A stretch of DNA of 64,000 nt from the human T2T-CHM13v2.0 reference genome, Homo sapiens, in NCBI RefSeq assembly GCF_009914755.1, contig NC_060933.1. One strand, 5' to 3'. Position 1 is the first letter of the stretch. The number at the start of each line of letters is the position of its first letter. Shown here piece by piece: positions 1 through 49,237 of the stretch. The notes beneath the pieces were generated by a model, which was not told where the DNA came from, searched no databases, and saw only the letters and a program-made list of their open reading frames with translations. A program made the position numbers and the translations under genes.

Positions 1-109
1 ACTTACTTATGGTCCAGGCACTGAGCTAAGTGTTTTATTTTGCTTTTCCTTTCTAATTATACTCTCATTGTAAAAACACGAATACAGACAATGCTCACAT
101 CTCCCCTAA

Positions 110-25811
<25,702 letters not shown>

Positions 25812-27655
25812 AAAAATAAGTCGCCCCTCCAAAACACGCCCCCATCCCACAGCGCTCCGCAGCTTCCCACCACCGCCCGCCTCAGTTCCTTTGCGTCTGT
25901 TGCCTCCCCAGCCCTGCACGCCCTGGCTGGCACTGTTGCCGCTGCATTCTCGTGTTCAGTGATGCCCTCTTCTTGTTTGAAACAAAAGAAAATAATGCAT
26001 TGTGTTTTTTAAAAAGAGTATCTTATACATGTATCCTAAAAAGAGAAGCTCATGTGCAATTGGTGCACAGCAGGAGAAATTTCTGGACTGTTAGGATGAA
26101 TGGACGCCTTCTCCCCGTTATTTAAGATTTGTGACCTTGTACATAACCCTGGGTGACGTGCACATTGCTTGGGTATGGAACGGTAGAAATTTGGGTGTTT
26201 TTAAAACCTTGTTTGGGGTTGTTCCTGTCCTTGTTGAGAATCATAGAGATGTCTGTGTTCTTGGAGTATTTCACACTGAGGACTAATCTGCTATCTTCAT
26301 TCCAGTCCCTACCCCTCAGTGCCTGCTCTCATCCAAATAACCTGGGAGGTGACAATCAGGATATCTCAGGAGGTCCAAGGTGGAACAGACCTCTTTGCCT
26401 TTCCCAGCGTCTCATACCCCCGGTAGTGCAGCTGTGGGTGGAGGCTGGGGTGTCTGCACGAAGTCAGGCCAGCGTCCTCCTCCACAGCCTGTCACTGCCC
26501 CCTCCCCAGCCTGTGTCCACAGTGCTGTGATCCCGAGGGAAGTCCTCCAGTCTAAGTCACAGTGCCCTGACAGGTGAGAAGCAAACTCCCGCTGGAAGCC
26601 TCCATCTCTTTGGAAAAACAGTTAGTCTGGAGCCTGTGGCCCAGGCCCTTCTGTCCCCAGGCATCATCCCAACAGCTCATTTTCCCTAGTCCGCCTTCGT
26701 TCAAGGGTCAGGAATGGACCAGAACAGATGGGTTCTGGAGGCCCCTGAACAGAGGGCTATGGCTGTGGAGAAGGTTCTTGGCCCGTTGGACTCACACAGA
26801 CCCTGTACCCTCTCGGCAAGCATCTTCAGTCAGATTATCCTCAGTTTCAGATACTTCATAATACCTTGTGTTGTGTGGGGTCATACATCATCGTGTTTGT
26901 AAGAGAAGATGGTCATTTTATTCTCTGTATAAAACTTAGCTCTAAAGCAGAAACTAAAGCAGCAAATGCAGGAAGGCTGTCTCGCCATCCTCAAGACTCA
27001 GCAGCTCTCATTCTCCAGTGGTGAGCACACCATTTGTGCTGCTGCTGTTGTCGTGAAATATAATAACAGTGGAAGTCACAAAAATGTCCCCTGCCCAGCC
27101 CCCTCGCCGCCCTTGACCTCCTGCAGGCCATGTGTGTATTACTTGTCTAGTGATGTCCTCTCAAAGTGCTGTACGCGAGCTCGGCGCCACCTCCGCCTCC
27201 CTTTCAGAGCCTGCTCCCCGCCCTCTCTGCTCGCTGCATTGTGGTGTTCTCTTCTCAAGGCTTTGAAATCTCCCCTTGCACTGAGATTAGTCGTCAGATC
27301 TCTCCCCGTCTCCCTCCCAACTTATACGACCTGATTTCCTTAGGACGGAACCGCAGGCACCTGCGCCGGGCGTCTTACTCCCGCTGCTTGTTCTGTCCCC
27401 TCCCTCGGACCAAACAGTGCTCATGCTTCAGGACCTTGTTTGTCGAAGATGTTGGTTTCCCTTTCTCTGTTATTTATATAAAAATAATTTATCAAAAGGA
27501 TATTTTAAAAAAGCTAGTCTGTCTTGAAACTTGTTTACCTTAAAATTATCAGAATCTCAGTGTTTGAAAGTACTGAAGCACAAACATATATCATCTCTGT
27601 ACCATTCTGTACTAAAGCACTTGAGTCTAATAAATAAAGAAATCAGCACCCCTTC
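25812..27655 (+). other. STXBP1: STXBP1 3' UTR (end approximate)
   Basis: About 1.85 kb with no recognisable interspersed repeat between the stop codon and tandem AATAAA. Confidence 0.8.
27629..27638 (+). terminator. STXBP1 polyadenylation signal (overlapping AATAAATAAA)
   Basis: Two overlapping AATAAA hexamers, upstream TGTA elements. Confidence 0.8.
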
Positions 27656-27923
27656 CCGGTGTCCAGGGGGCTCCAGTCTGGCTTTCCTTTGGGCAACGGA
27701 AGGAGAAAGCTTTTGCAGTGGTTCATCGCAGAGGAGGCGACCACCTCCGGCTGTGGCATGGAGTCTTCTGGACCCAGGTCCCCGTTGCTTGCGTTAGATC
27801 TGTAGCCGCCTTACACTGGGGACTAGCCATGGAGCTTGTCTTGGGCCCCTAGCAGCAACAGCGTGCTGCCTAGAGATGAGGCCATTCTTCCACCGTGTTT
27901 CTCCTTATCTAGAATGCTTTTCT

Positions 27924-28191
27924 TTCTTTCCTTTTTTTTTTTTTTTTTTTTTGAGATGGAGTCTCACTCTGTTGCCCAGGCTGGAGTATGCAGTGGCGAG
28001 TCTCGGCTCCCTGCAACCTCTGTCTCCCGGTTTCAAGTGATTCTCCTGCCTCAGCCTCCGAGTAGTTGGGATTGCAGGCAGCCACCACCATGTCCAGCTA
28101 ATTTTTGTATTTTTAGTAGAGACAGGGTTTTGCCACGTTGGTCAGGCTGATCTTGAACTCCTGACCTCAGGTGATTCGCCCACCTCAGCCT
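27924..28191 (-). mobile_element. 5'-truncated Alu
   Basis: TSD TAGAATGCTTTTCT. Confidence 0.9.
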
Positions 28192-28816
28192 TAGAATGCT
28201 TTTCTAACGCAGGCACTGCAGGGCTCCATCTTTGCAGATGCTCCCTCTCCAATCATGTGGTGCCTGTGTATTTAGGGCATGCAGTGAGATCACTTCACCA
28301 GCGTTACTCCTCTCCTCCTCTGCTCCTGCTGCCGTACCACCCACCCTACGTGTATAATGAACTTCTCTCCAGGATGGAAGGCGGTGTGTGTCCTGCTTGT
28401 CTTGGAACCTGCTCCTGACCTGAGAAGACTGCAGTGAGGTGGGCCCAGCTCTCAGAGTGGACCCGTAAGTGAGGGTCGAGGCCACACGGGAAACTTGCTA
28501 GAATGCTGGGCCCCGGGGAGTGAGACCCTTTGTAGGGACTTCTGTCTCTACTTCTTTTTCCCCCATCATTCTCATTCTGATCCTGATCTCCTTTATAGCA
28601 CTGAGAAAGCTACCAACTGAAGGGCAGTTAGTGGAATTTGCACCACCACAGCCTGCTATAGTCTGGTGAGACATGCCTCATTAGGAGGGAACAACCATTG
28701 ACTGACCCTGCCAGGCCCCTCACATACTTGTCTGTTAGGCAGATCCTCTCCCATTCTACAGATGAGGAAGCTGAGGCTCAGAGAGATGCAGAAATTCAGA
28801 AAGCTCACTCCCCTGA

Positions 28817-29185
<369 letters not shown>

Positions 29186-29495
29186 CATTATCTTTATCAT
29201 TAGTTCACCAGCAAACAGAAGGCTTTGGAACGAGATCCAAGACTGGAATTTTTAAAATTCTAAATTGTTCTAAGCCAAATTTACATTAAAGCAAAAGCAG
29301 CACTGTTTGCTGCTTCCCGGGATCATCTGTCCCTCCAATCTCCTGGGAGTGGCTTTCTAGTATCTCCCTGGTTGTTTCTGAAGTCTTCTGTCCCAGCTTC
29401 CTGTCACCTCTCTCCATTCTACCCCTTCACTACCACCCAAGAGCAAATGAGTGTGGCTCTTTAGGTTCTTGGCCAAAGCCCTGGTCCTCCTGTGT

Positions 29496-29825
29496 TACCC
29501 AGAAGAGATGGAACCCACAGGCCACTGCTAAAAAGTCTCCAACGGTGTTAAATATCCTTGGAGGAGCAGGGAATTCCAGGAACAAATGCTTGGTGTCATT
29601 CCGAGGTGGGTGCACAGGCCCCCAGCAGTCTCTGCTGAGTCCCGCAGCCTGGACCAGGGCCTCTGGAAAGGCACAGTGCCTGGCTGCAGCTCACAGACCT
29701 GGCTTTAGAATGGCTCAGTTGGTGTTGCATGCTTTGGGTTGTTTGGAATTCCCTGCTCCTCCAAGGATATTTAACACCGTTGGAGACTTTTAGCAGTGGC
29801 CTGTGGGTTCCATCTCTTCTGGGTA
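29496..29825. repeat. Near-perfect inverted repeat, arms 29496-29578 and 29744-29825, 165-bp spacer
   Basis: Arms are reverse complements except for one base in an A5/T4 run. Confidence 0.95.
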
Positions 29826-30005
29826 CAGGAAGCAGAAGGCCAGAGTGGTTAGGAGCACAGACTTCAGCATCAGCATACCTGGGTTAAATCCACCCTTGGC
29901 CTCTTTCCACATGATCCTGACAGGTGACTTTGTTCCCTCCTGTAGTGCCCGTGGAGGCGGGAAGCTGAGCCCGGCTCCCAGGAAGCACAGTGAGGGCTCA
30001 GCCAT

Positions 30006-30006
<1 letters not shown>

Positions 30007-30063
<57 letters not shown>

Positions 30064-30072
30064 GCTGCTGCT
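30007..30072. repeat. (GAT)14 GGT (GAT)4 (GCT)3 microsatellite
   Basis: Direct reading. Confidence 0.97.
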
Positions 30073-30134
30073 GTTGACGATGAGTCCAAGCCAAGCCTGG
30101 GGAGAAAAGAATAAATAGTCTCATAAATTTAAAA

Positions 30135-30900
30135 AAGCCCAATGCTCATCAAGAAGAGAACAGATAAACTGTGTATTCACCCAATGGTGAGTTTAAAGCA
30201 GTTAAAAATGCATGACACACAGTTGCATATGTCAACATGAATAGATCTCAGACACTTAACAATGAGTGAAAAGAGCACATTATGGGAGGACACAGACAGG
30301 ATAGTGCATTTATATAAAGCTTCAATGTTGCAGGCTGAAAGAGTGAGGGTCGTGATCAACTCAGTATCCTGGAGGCTACATGGGTAAACAGCAAACTGTT
30401 CTCATAAATGCAGAATGTTGGCAAACTGACAAACTGCATCTGCCGCCCAGAAGGAATGCGGAGGGCAGCCACTCCCTAAGCGCAGTTTTCTTGTGATTAG
30501 GTACATCTGAAGCCTGTTAGCAATAATGTGAACCTGTGATCAATTAAGCAGCTGACCAATCATTACCTCCTCTTCCCTGCTCTTTCTACCCAGTAAATAC
30601 AAAGGGCTGTAGAAGCTCAGAGCTGCTGCTTTTGCTCAGTAGAAGCAGGGAGTCCTCTTCTTCTTCCCCCGACCCCTTCTTTTAAAACAGTTTCTTTTAA
30701 GTTTTCATTTCTGCGTTCATCCTCCTTCATTCAGTCCCGTAGTAACCGTGGCAAACCACGGCACTTCAAAACCTCATAAAAAGCACCACATATTGCTTAT
30801 TTGGATACATATGTTGTAAATGTGTGAAAACATGCATGGGAATGACAAATACCAAAGTCAGGATAGTGACTGGCCATGGGGAAGGGATGGTTATTATTGT
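30135..30900 (+). mobile_element. Old L1M 3' fragment interrupted by the LTR
   Basis: L1M-like A-rich 3' sequence continuous across the TSD. Confidence 0.5.
30326..30763 (+). mobile_element. Solo LTR, ERVK class (LTR3-like)
   Basis: TG...CA termini, exact 6-bp TSD CTTCAA (30320-30325/30764-30769), internal CCAAT; subfamily from memory. Confidence 0.8.
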
Positions 30901-31009
30901 CGTCTTATATCTTCAATTCCAAATGAGCCACGGGCTTAAAAGTACTTCATTGAATAAAAAAAAACCAACAATGTATTAATGCAATCATTCTGATTGTGGT
31001 TATATATTA

Positions 31010-31300
<291 letters not shown>

Positions 31301-31533
31301 ATATGGCACTTATTATGTGCCAGGCACTGAGTGCTTTGTATGTGACTTGCTGAATCTTCTCAACAACTCTAGGAGTTAGGTGCCATTATTAGCCCTATTT
31401 ACACATGGGGAAGCAAAACCACATAGAGACAAAGCAACTTGGCTAGGGCCCTCCAGTTAGTACGTGGCAGAGACTAGATTTAAACACAGCCGTCTGACTC
31501 CAGAGCCCTCCACTATCAGAAAAACATTATCAT

Positions 31534-31830
<297 letters not shown>

Positions 31831-31834
31831 ACAT

Positions 31835-32791
<957 letters not shown>

Positions 32792-32849
32792 TTATGAAGG
32801 GGAAGTGCTCAGATAGTGCTTGCTCTGTTTATCATTAAAATTGCTTGCT

Positions 32850-33355
32850 CGGATGACACCAAAAGCACAGACAAAACAAGAAAAAATAGGTAAACTGTTC
32901 TACTTCAAAATTTAAAGCTACAATCCAAGGACACAATCTGCAGGGTGAAAAAGGCAGTCTCAGAGTGGGAAAAAACTGTTTGCAAATCACATATCTGATA
33001 AGGGGCTAATATCCAGATGCAAGAACTCCTATACTCAACAACAAAAAACAATCTGACTTAAAAATGGGCAGAAGTTTGGTGGCGTGTGCCTGTAGTCCTA
33101 ACTACTTGGGAGGCTCAGGTGGCAGGATGGTTTGAGTCCAGGAGTTTGAGACCAGCCAAAGCAACACAGCAAGACCCCGAATCTATTTAAAAATAAATGA
33201 AATCAAAACCAGAAAAAATGGGCAAAGGATTTGAATAGCCATTTCTCTAAATAAATTATACAAATGGCAAATAAGCACACAAAAAGATGCTCAACTGAAA
33301 TGCAAGTCAAAACCACTACCTCATACCTATTAGAATGGCTACTAGAAAAACGAAA
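32850..33355 (+). mobile_element. L1 ORF2 3' fragment with an inserted Alu monomer (about 33070-33200)
   Basis: TTTGCAAATCACATATCTGATAAGGGGCTAATATCCAGA; AAAAGATGCTCAAC; GAAATGCAAGTCAAAACCAC. Confidence 0.8.
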
Positions 33356-33359
33356 AACA

Positions 33360-33642
33360 GGCCGGGCACAATGGCTCATGCCTGTAATCCCACACTTTGA
33401 GAGGCCAAGGAGAGCAGATCACTTGAGCCCAGGAGTTCATGGCCAGCCTGGGCAACACAGTGAGACCTCATCTCTACAAAAAAGAAAAAGAAAAATTAGC
33501 CAGTCGTGGTGGCACATGCCTGTAACCCCAACTACTTGGGAGGCTTGCTTGAGCCCAGGAGGTCAAGGCTGCAGCGAGCCATGATTGCACCACAGCACTC
33601 CAGCCTGGGCAACAGAGTGAGACCCTGTCTCAAAAAATAAAA
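33360..33642 (+). mobile_element. AluJ-like
   Basis: Alu consensus. Confidence 0.9.
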
Positions 33643-33860
33643 ATGGTTGGGGCAAATTCCTACCCATTCTCTCTGAAGCACGTGTGCCCCTCCCTGTGGA
33701 TATAGAATCCCTGGATCTAGGGTGTAATGGTATGGGGAATCCACCACCTTGTCTGTTTCTAAGAAAAACAACAACAAAAATAAAGGGATGGGTTAAAGTT
33801 CCTGAATTAGCCGCCCCTGGAGCTGTCCCTGTCCCAGCAGCGGCTTCCCACAAGACCAAC

Positions 33861-34135
<275 letters not shown>

Positions 34136-34136
<1 letters not shown>

Positions 34137-34600
34137 GACCAAGGACAACTTCTTGGTGTTTCACAGAAGCCAAAATGCCCAAGGAACCCCTGGCGCTCTG
34201 GCAAGGGTGGGACTCCACCCGGAGTTGCCGCCAGGGCGCCTTCTGCCCGGCCGCCTGCACTCCCCTCAACCAACGCGGAACCGACACTCGAGGCCGAAAC
34301 ACTGTGAGCAAGGAAAAGGCCGACACCCAACACCGGTCACGCGGCGGATCAGACGCGGCCTCGGGACTGGGCTTGGGGAGGCCGGGCTTCCGGGGCTAGT
34401 AAGCGTCTACTAGCCGGGCTGTTTAGGGATTGGTCGCCTCTGGCCCTGGAGGCGGGGGTTCCTGGAGTAAGACGGTTGCTGATTGGCTGGCTTTCCGAGG
34501 CGGGGTTGTGAAGCGTTGGTCATTCTATCTGGGTGCTGGGTTAGGCAGTACGAATACTAAAATTGGAACCAGTGACACGCAGATTGGTGAAGCGTTCCAT
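34136..34600. promoter_or_regulatory. Orphan CpG-rich promoter-like element with four CCAAT boxes and GC boxes
   Basis: ATTGG at 34429, 34482, 34562, 34583; GGCGGG at 34451, 34499; CTTCCGG about 34387; many CpGs in non-Alu sequence. Confidence 0.65.
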
Positions 34601-34892
34601 ATTTTTTCCATGTGATACCCTAAAGTAGGATGAAAGACTGTGCTGAGCAAAATAAAATGGGCTATCAGGGGAAAAAAAAAACAAAAAAACTGGTTCTGGG
34701 AGTTAGCTGTTACCAGAACAGTCTCTTCCTAGGAGAACAGGCACTTTTAATTCTCAGTGTCTATTGCATAATGGTCACCAGATGGGCTATGGAGTTGAGC
34801 CTGGGATTTGACTCCTGACTTCCCTGTGTGACCTGGAGAAGTTACTTAACCTCAATTTTCCCATCAATATAATGGGAATAATATAAATGCCT

Positions 34893-35050
34893 CCCGAGAC
34901 TGAGGCGGGCAGATCACTTGAGGCCAGGAGTTCGAGACCAGCCTGGCCAACACGGTGAAACCCCGTCTCTACTAAAAATACAAAAACTAGCCGGTTGTGG
35001 TGCACTCCAGCCTGGGCAGCAGAGCAAGACTGTCTCAAAAAAATAATAAA
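34893..35050 (+). mobile_element. Internally deleted Alu
   Basis: Left arm fused to the last ~40 nt of the right arm. Confidence 0.85.
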
Positions 35051-35368
35051 GTCAAATAAAAAAGCAACTTGGAACCTGCGCTTCTGCTGCTGATCAAATA
35101 CTGCACTGCTCCTTCTCTGCTCTAGGAAGCTTATGTGTCAGGCTGTCTCTCTGACCCCCTCTTGCCCGCTCCCTCCTTCTCTCAGCTGCAGCTTCTCTGG
35201 CCTTCATCAAATCTGAGTTGTTTTTCTTGCTTTAGGCCCTGTGCTGTCTTTCCACCTCCCACCCACACCCCTTATGGGCAGCATCTCCTTCTCCAAGCCT
35301 AGCGCCTCCATGATGGGGGCTGTTCCTGGCTCCTCCTTGTGCTTTTGGAGCTCTCTGTACCTTTCCTC

Positions 35369-36249
35369 TGTCAACTAAAAATGAAATCAGCCCTTCAGTG
35401 ACTGAATGGAGTCCCCCTTGGCTAAGGAACCCCAGAAAAACCTTAAAAACAGTTCCCAGCCATGATGAGATGGGGGGGTCAGACATGCCTCATGAAGCCT
35501 CTCCGTTTTACAGTTTAGAAACAACAACCGACCAGCATTCATGTTAAAATAGAGAACATAAGACTGGCAGAGCAGACTCTTCTATGGCAATACAGTATCA
35601 AATTATAAACAGGACCTCGGGCCATGGCAGGTGAGGATTAAGTCACACACTCCACACTTGCCACAAGTTTTCTTTTTCTCTAGCAGCTAAACAAGTTCTA
35701 GATGGCCTGGAGATAAGCAATATTAAAACAATTACAATTCACCCAGCTCCCAGAGGCTGTGGGACTGACCACCTGTTCCACCAGCCATAACTACAGCTTT
35801 CATTGGACAAGAGGCTGACTTCAGCAACTTTCTCCAGATAAGAAGACTATGAACTGGCTCTGGCCAATTTACAGAGCACTTGCATGCCCTCATCTTCTGA
35901 AAAGCCCTTTCAACGAATAGGGCCTAATTGTAATATATTTAAATGCCAAGTCTCCACCCCAAAGTAAACATGGGTCGAATGGTACATGCATGTTTGTTCA
36001 ATATGCATGTGTCAAACCACCTTCATGAATATGCATAGCCCCTCCTACAATCTGCTGAATATGTATGTTTAGCCAACCCGTTCAGCATAAAGCTCCTACC
36101 CCAACCCCTTCTCCTACCTGTCTCTGGTCTTGGCTGGAGGCACGCTTCCTAGCCTGTGGGATGACCACCTTGCAGGCTGTAAACTCCTCTAAAGGAGCCT
36201 CCTCTCCTTTCCCAAATTTATAAATCATGTGATTTTTTTCAAGTTAACG
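35369..36249 (+). mobile_element. ERV1-class LTR (MER39/MER4-group-like)
   Basis: TGTCAACT...AGTTAAC termini; LTR-like internal sequence. Confidence 0.55.
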
Positions 36250-36410
36250 TATCATAGTACCAAATCACAGGTGTAATTCTGCTACTTGTGTTCACATCTG
36301 ATTGATGTCTTTCCCAACACACATGGGGCCACTCACTTTAATAAGGGCATAGGAGCAGGGATCTATTAGTTGAATAAAGAAAGGGAATGAATGAATGAAT
36401 GAATGAATGA

Positions 36411-37512
<1,102 letters not shown>

Positions 37513-37622
37513 AAACCAGCATGTTTGTGTCATCTTAATTGACAGATCATCATCCTGATTATCATCACCACAACCATTTGTTGCGAACTCATCAGGTGTG
37601 AGGTGCTGGGCTTTTGACATGA

Positions 37623-37991
<369 letters not shown>

Positions 37992-38123
37992 TAACCAATC
38001 CACTTTTTGTTCTGTTTCTGCTTTGTCAGCCTTCTCCATCTGTAAAACCAGCCTCCTCTGTTCAGCAAATCGGGACACTCATTCTATTGCCCAATTCTAG
38101 AATAACAAATAAAAGCCAATTAA

Positions 38124-38510
<387 letters not shown>

Positions 38511-39074
38511 TTAGACATGGATTTTTTGAAGCTGTGACAAAAGTGAGTCCCCTCGGCAGAGTGACAGAGGTGTTTGTCCTCTTCCCCTGCCTCTTTCCCC
38601 AAAGCAAAAACCCACGTGCCACGGCACCCAAACTGGGGGAGGGACCTACTTTTCCTAAGTCACACCCTGCTCTATAAGTGGGTACCAGGGGGTGGCAGCC
38701 ACTGGTATTCTCAGCTGGTCTCGCCCCGCCTGGTGTGAAAAAGCCTCCATCCTATGAGCTAGCTGGAGTTGGGCCGGCAGGGCCCAAGCATTCTCAACCT
38801 GCCACACCTGGAGAAGAGCTTCCACGCTCCAGGTGGGCCTTGTGGGAAAGTCCTCTCTGCTGTACCTGCTTGCAGTAGAGATTCTGCAACACAGGGATGG
38901 GCAGGGAGGGGTGGGGTGCTGTGTAGAGAAAGGCCAGCAGCCTTCCCCTCCCAGGGCGAAATGAAGAGCCAGACTAGGAGCTGGGAGGAGAGCCCCTGTC
39001 TTTTTGACCACACCTGCCTAGAGCATAACACCCCAGGTAAAACTTCCACGACACAGAGCTGGGGGGTTAGGGGG

Positions 39075-39742
<668 letters not shown>

Positions 39743-39748
39743 TCGTGA

Positions 39749-40002
<254 letters not shown>

Positions 40003-41692
40003 AAGGGCATGTTTAATGATGCCTGGCCTCCCTGCTTCCCCAGGGCCTAGGTTTCTTCCCTCCAAAGTCTCCCAGAGGTGACAGTGCCCCAGGCCACTGT
40101 CCACTGTCCTTGGCCGGTGCTGCAGTCTGCATGGCTTTGTGCACTGCCTGACTCCCCTCAGAAGACCCAGCTCCTGCAGGGTTTGTGTCTCACAGCTCCA
40201 GCAGCTCTGGGCCCATCAGCCTCAGTCTCCAAGACTACGGAAGGCAGCTGGAGAAGCGATAATGAGACAGTGCCCCCATGGCAAGTAGCGGCCTATGGTC
40301 CAAAGTAGGGAGCTTTGGGGAGAGTCTCCAAGCAAACCCCAGAAAGTGCTCTCCCTCCACCCTGCAGCGTCCCCTCCCTGCCTAGAAGTTCAGCTCGTCC
40401 CTCTTGCCACGTGGTGCTGACAAAGCCATCCTGGTGCTGATGAAGGCGAGGAGGGCAGGTCTCCAAGCTGACACCCTCTGTGGGCTCCAGGCTGCCCGAG
40501 GGGCTGTGGGCCCCATTAAGCTGGGAATTCAGAGCTACCCCCTGCAATGGGCCTGGGGAAAAGAGAATAGAAATGGGGGAGGCACGGGGAGGCCCCCGGT
40601 CAACTGGGAGCACTGTGGGAATTTTTGCCTGCCTAGGCTCCTGTGGGAGCAGCTGTTCAGGCGGGGGAGGGGGCAATGTCCAGCAGGAGCAGGGCCATCG
40701 CATTGAGCTGGAAGGGCACTGGGCCAGGCCTCCCCGCTCTCCCCACAAGGCCTGGGCAGCCAGAGCTCCCTCACTTGTAAGTGCACTCAGGCTGAGGCCT
40801 GTGCAGAAGCATGGGGGTCTCTTCCCTCTGCCAGTCACATTTGTGCCCTCCCAGGGCTGCCCTGCCTGCAGGGAACAGGCACCCTGGGAAGGGCAGACCA
40901 CCACAGGCGAGGTCCAGGGCTGTCGGAAATTCCAGGCAGGCCTGCCTACCACACAAAGTGGGCGGGAGCTTCATGGGCCACCACTCACTAAGTGCCCCCA
41001 GCATCCCTGGACCGTATCCCTGCACAGGGAACTTTACAGATGCGGTCTTGTGAACTCTTTCACAGAGCAGGGTTCAGGCCATTGGCCCAAGGACCCACTG
41101 GAGGTCAGACAGAGCCCAAATGTGAGCCCACTTTTGACCAACCAATCACTTCTCTGACCTTTCTCATCACCAACAGTAAAAATGCCCCCACCTCCCTGTG
41201 TTTCTGACCCGTCACCGTGACCCCAAGCTCTCCTCATCCCCCTGCCCCCGCCCCAAGGGTCCTACAACTCACAACATCTAGTTGCTCCAAGAAACCACAT
41301 TTGCTGAAGTACCACTGCCATTCCCCTTGGCTATTGTCAGAGTTTTTCAGGGTGGTGCTATAGCCATCTCTTGCTAAGTGACAAGCCCTGGGATGACAGG
41401 GATGGAAAGGACCTGCCCGCTGTCCCACGGAGTGAGTGCCTGGGCTGGTGGGGAACACAGGCAGGCACACAGGCATGGCTGGCTGAGATTGGGGCTGGGG
41501 ATGGAGCTCATAGAGGCACCCAGCTGCCAGCCAGGGCCCCATCAGCTGGACGCCCCAATGCACCCATGCCAGGACACTGTCACCCCAGGCCACAGCTGCA
41601 GAACAGGCTTTGTGTGCCCAGGGTTAGTGTCGTCCATCTTCTGATCAGCACAAAGGAAAGGATGGCGATTTCCAGGGCCCTGACCCACATGA

Positions 41693-48860
<7,168 letters not shown>

Positions 48861-48918
48861 GACACAGAGAGAAGAACCTACTCCAGAAATGGACTGGTCC
48901 AGTCACAGTCACCCCCAC

Positions 48919-48924
48919 TTTAAT
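48919..48924 (-). terminator. Probable PTRH1 polyA signal ATTAAA
   Basis: TTTAAT on + strand, 130 nt past the PTRH1 stop. Confidence 0.55.
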
Positions 48925-49054
48925 CCGCAGGCAGCCTGGAACAGTCTAGAGGAGATTTGTATAAAAAGTAGATACCAAGGCTGGCGTGGCAGCTCTGTGG
49001 CAGTGGCTGGGTTGGTGGGCACTACAGTCAGGCAGGCAGCCATGGCCACTAGTG

Positions 49055-49237
49055 TCACGGCCCCAGTGAGGGCCCCTGGCTTCGCTCACGGATGTGGTCC
49101 AAGATCAGGTCGGTGGCTCGATCCAGCAACAGAGGCAGCAGCTCCTGCTCAGCAGGGGAGAAGCAGCCCAGCACATGGGCCTGAACCGCCTCAGGGTGCG
49201 CCGGGCGCCCGATACCCACCCGCAGCCTTGGCATTGC
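49055..49237 (-). CDS. PTRH1: PTRH1 exon 5
   Basis: [12 protein letters not shown]...SLGP*. Confidence 0.94.

Noticed and set aside
29496-29825. Inverted repeat as MITE terminal repeats
   Set aside because: No TSD seen, and identity is too high for extinct human DNA transposons
29803-30114. 103-aa poly-Asp ORF as a standalone gene
   Set aside because: GTG start; open frame explained by the microsatellite
40293-41157. Overlapping 219- and 225-aa ORFs upstream of CFAP157
   Set aside because: GC-rich, non-ATG starts, no recognisable domain or exon structure
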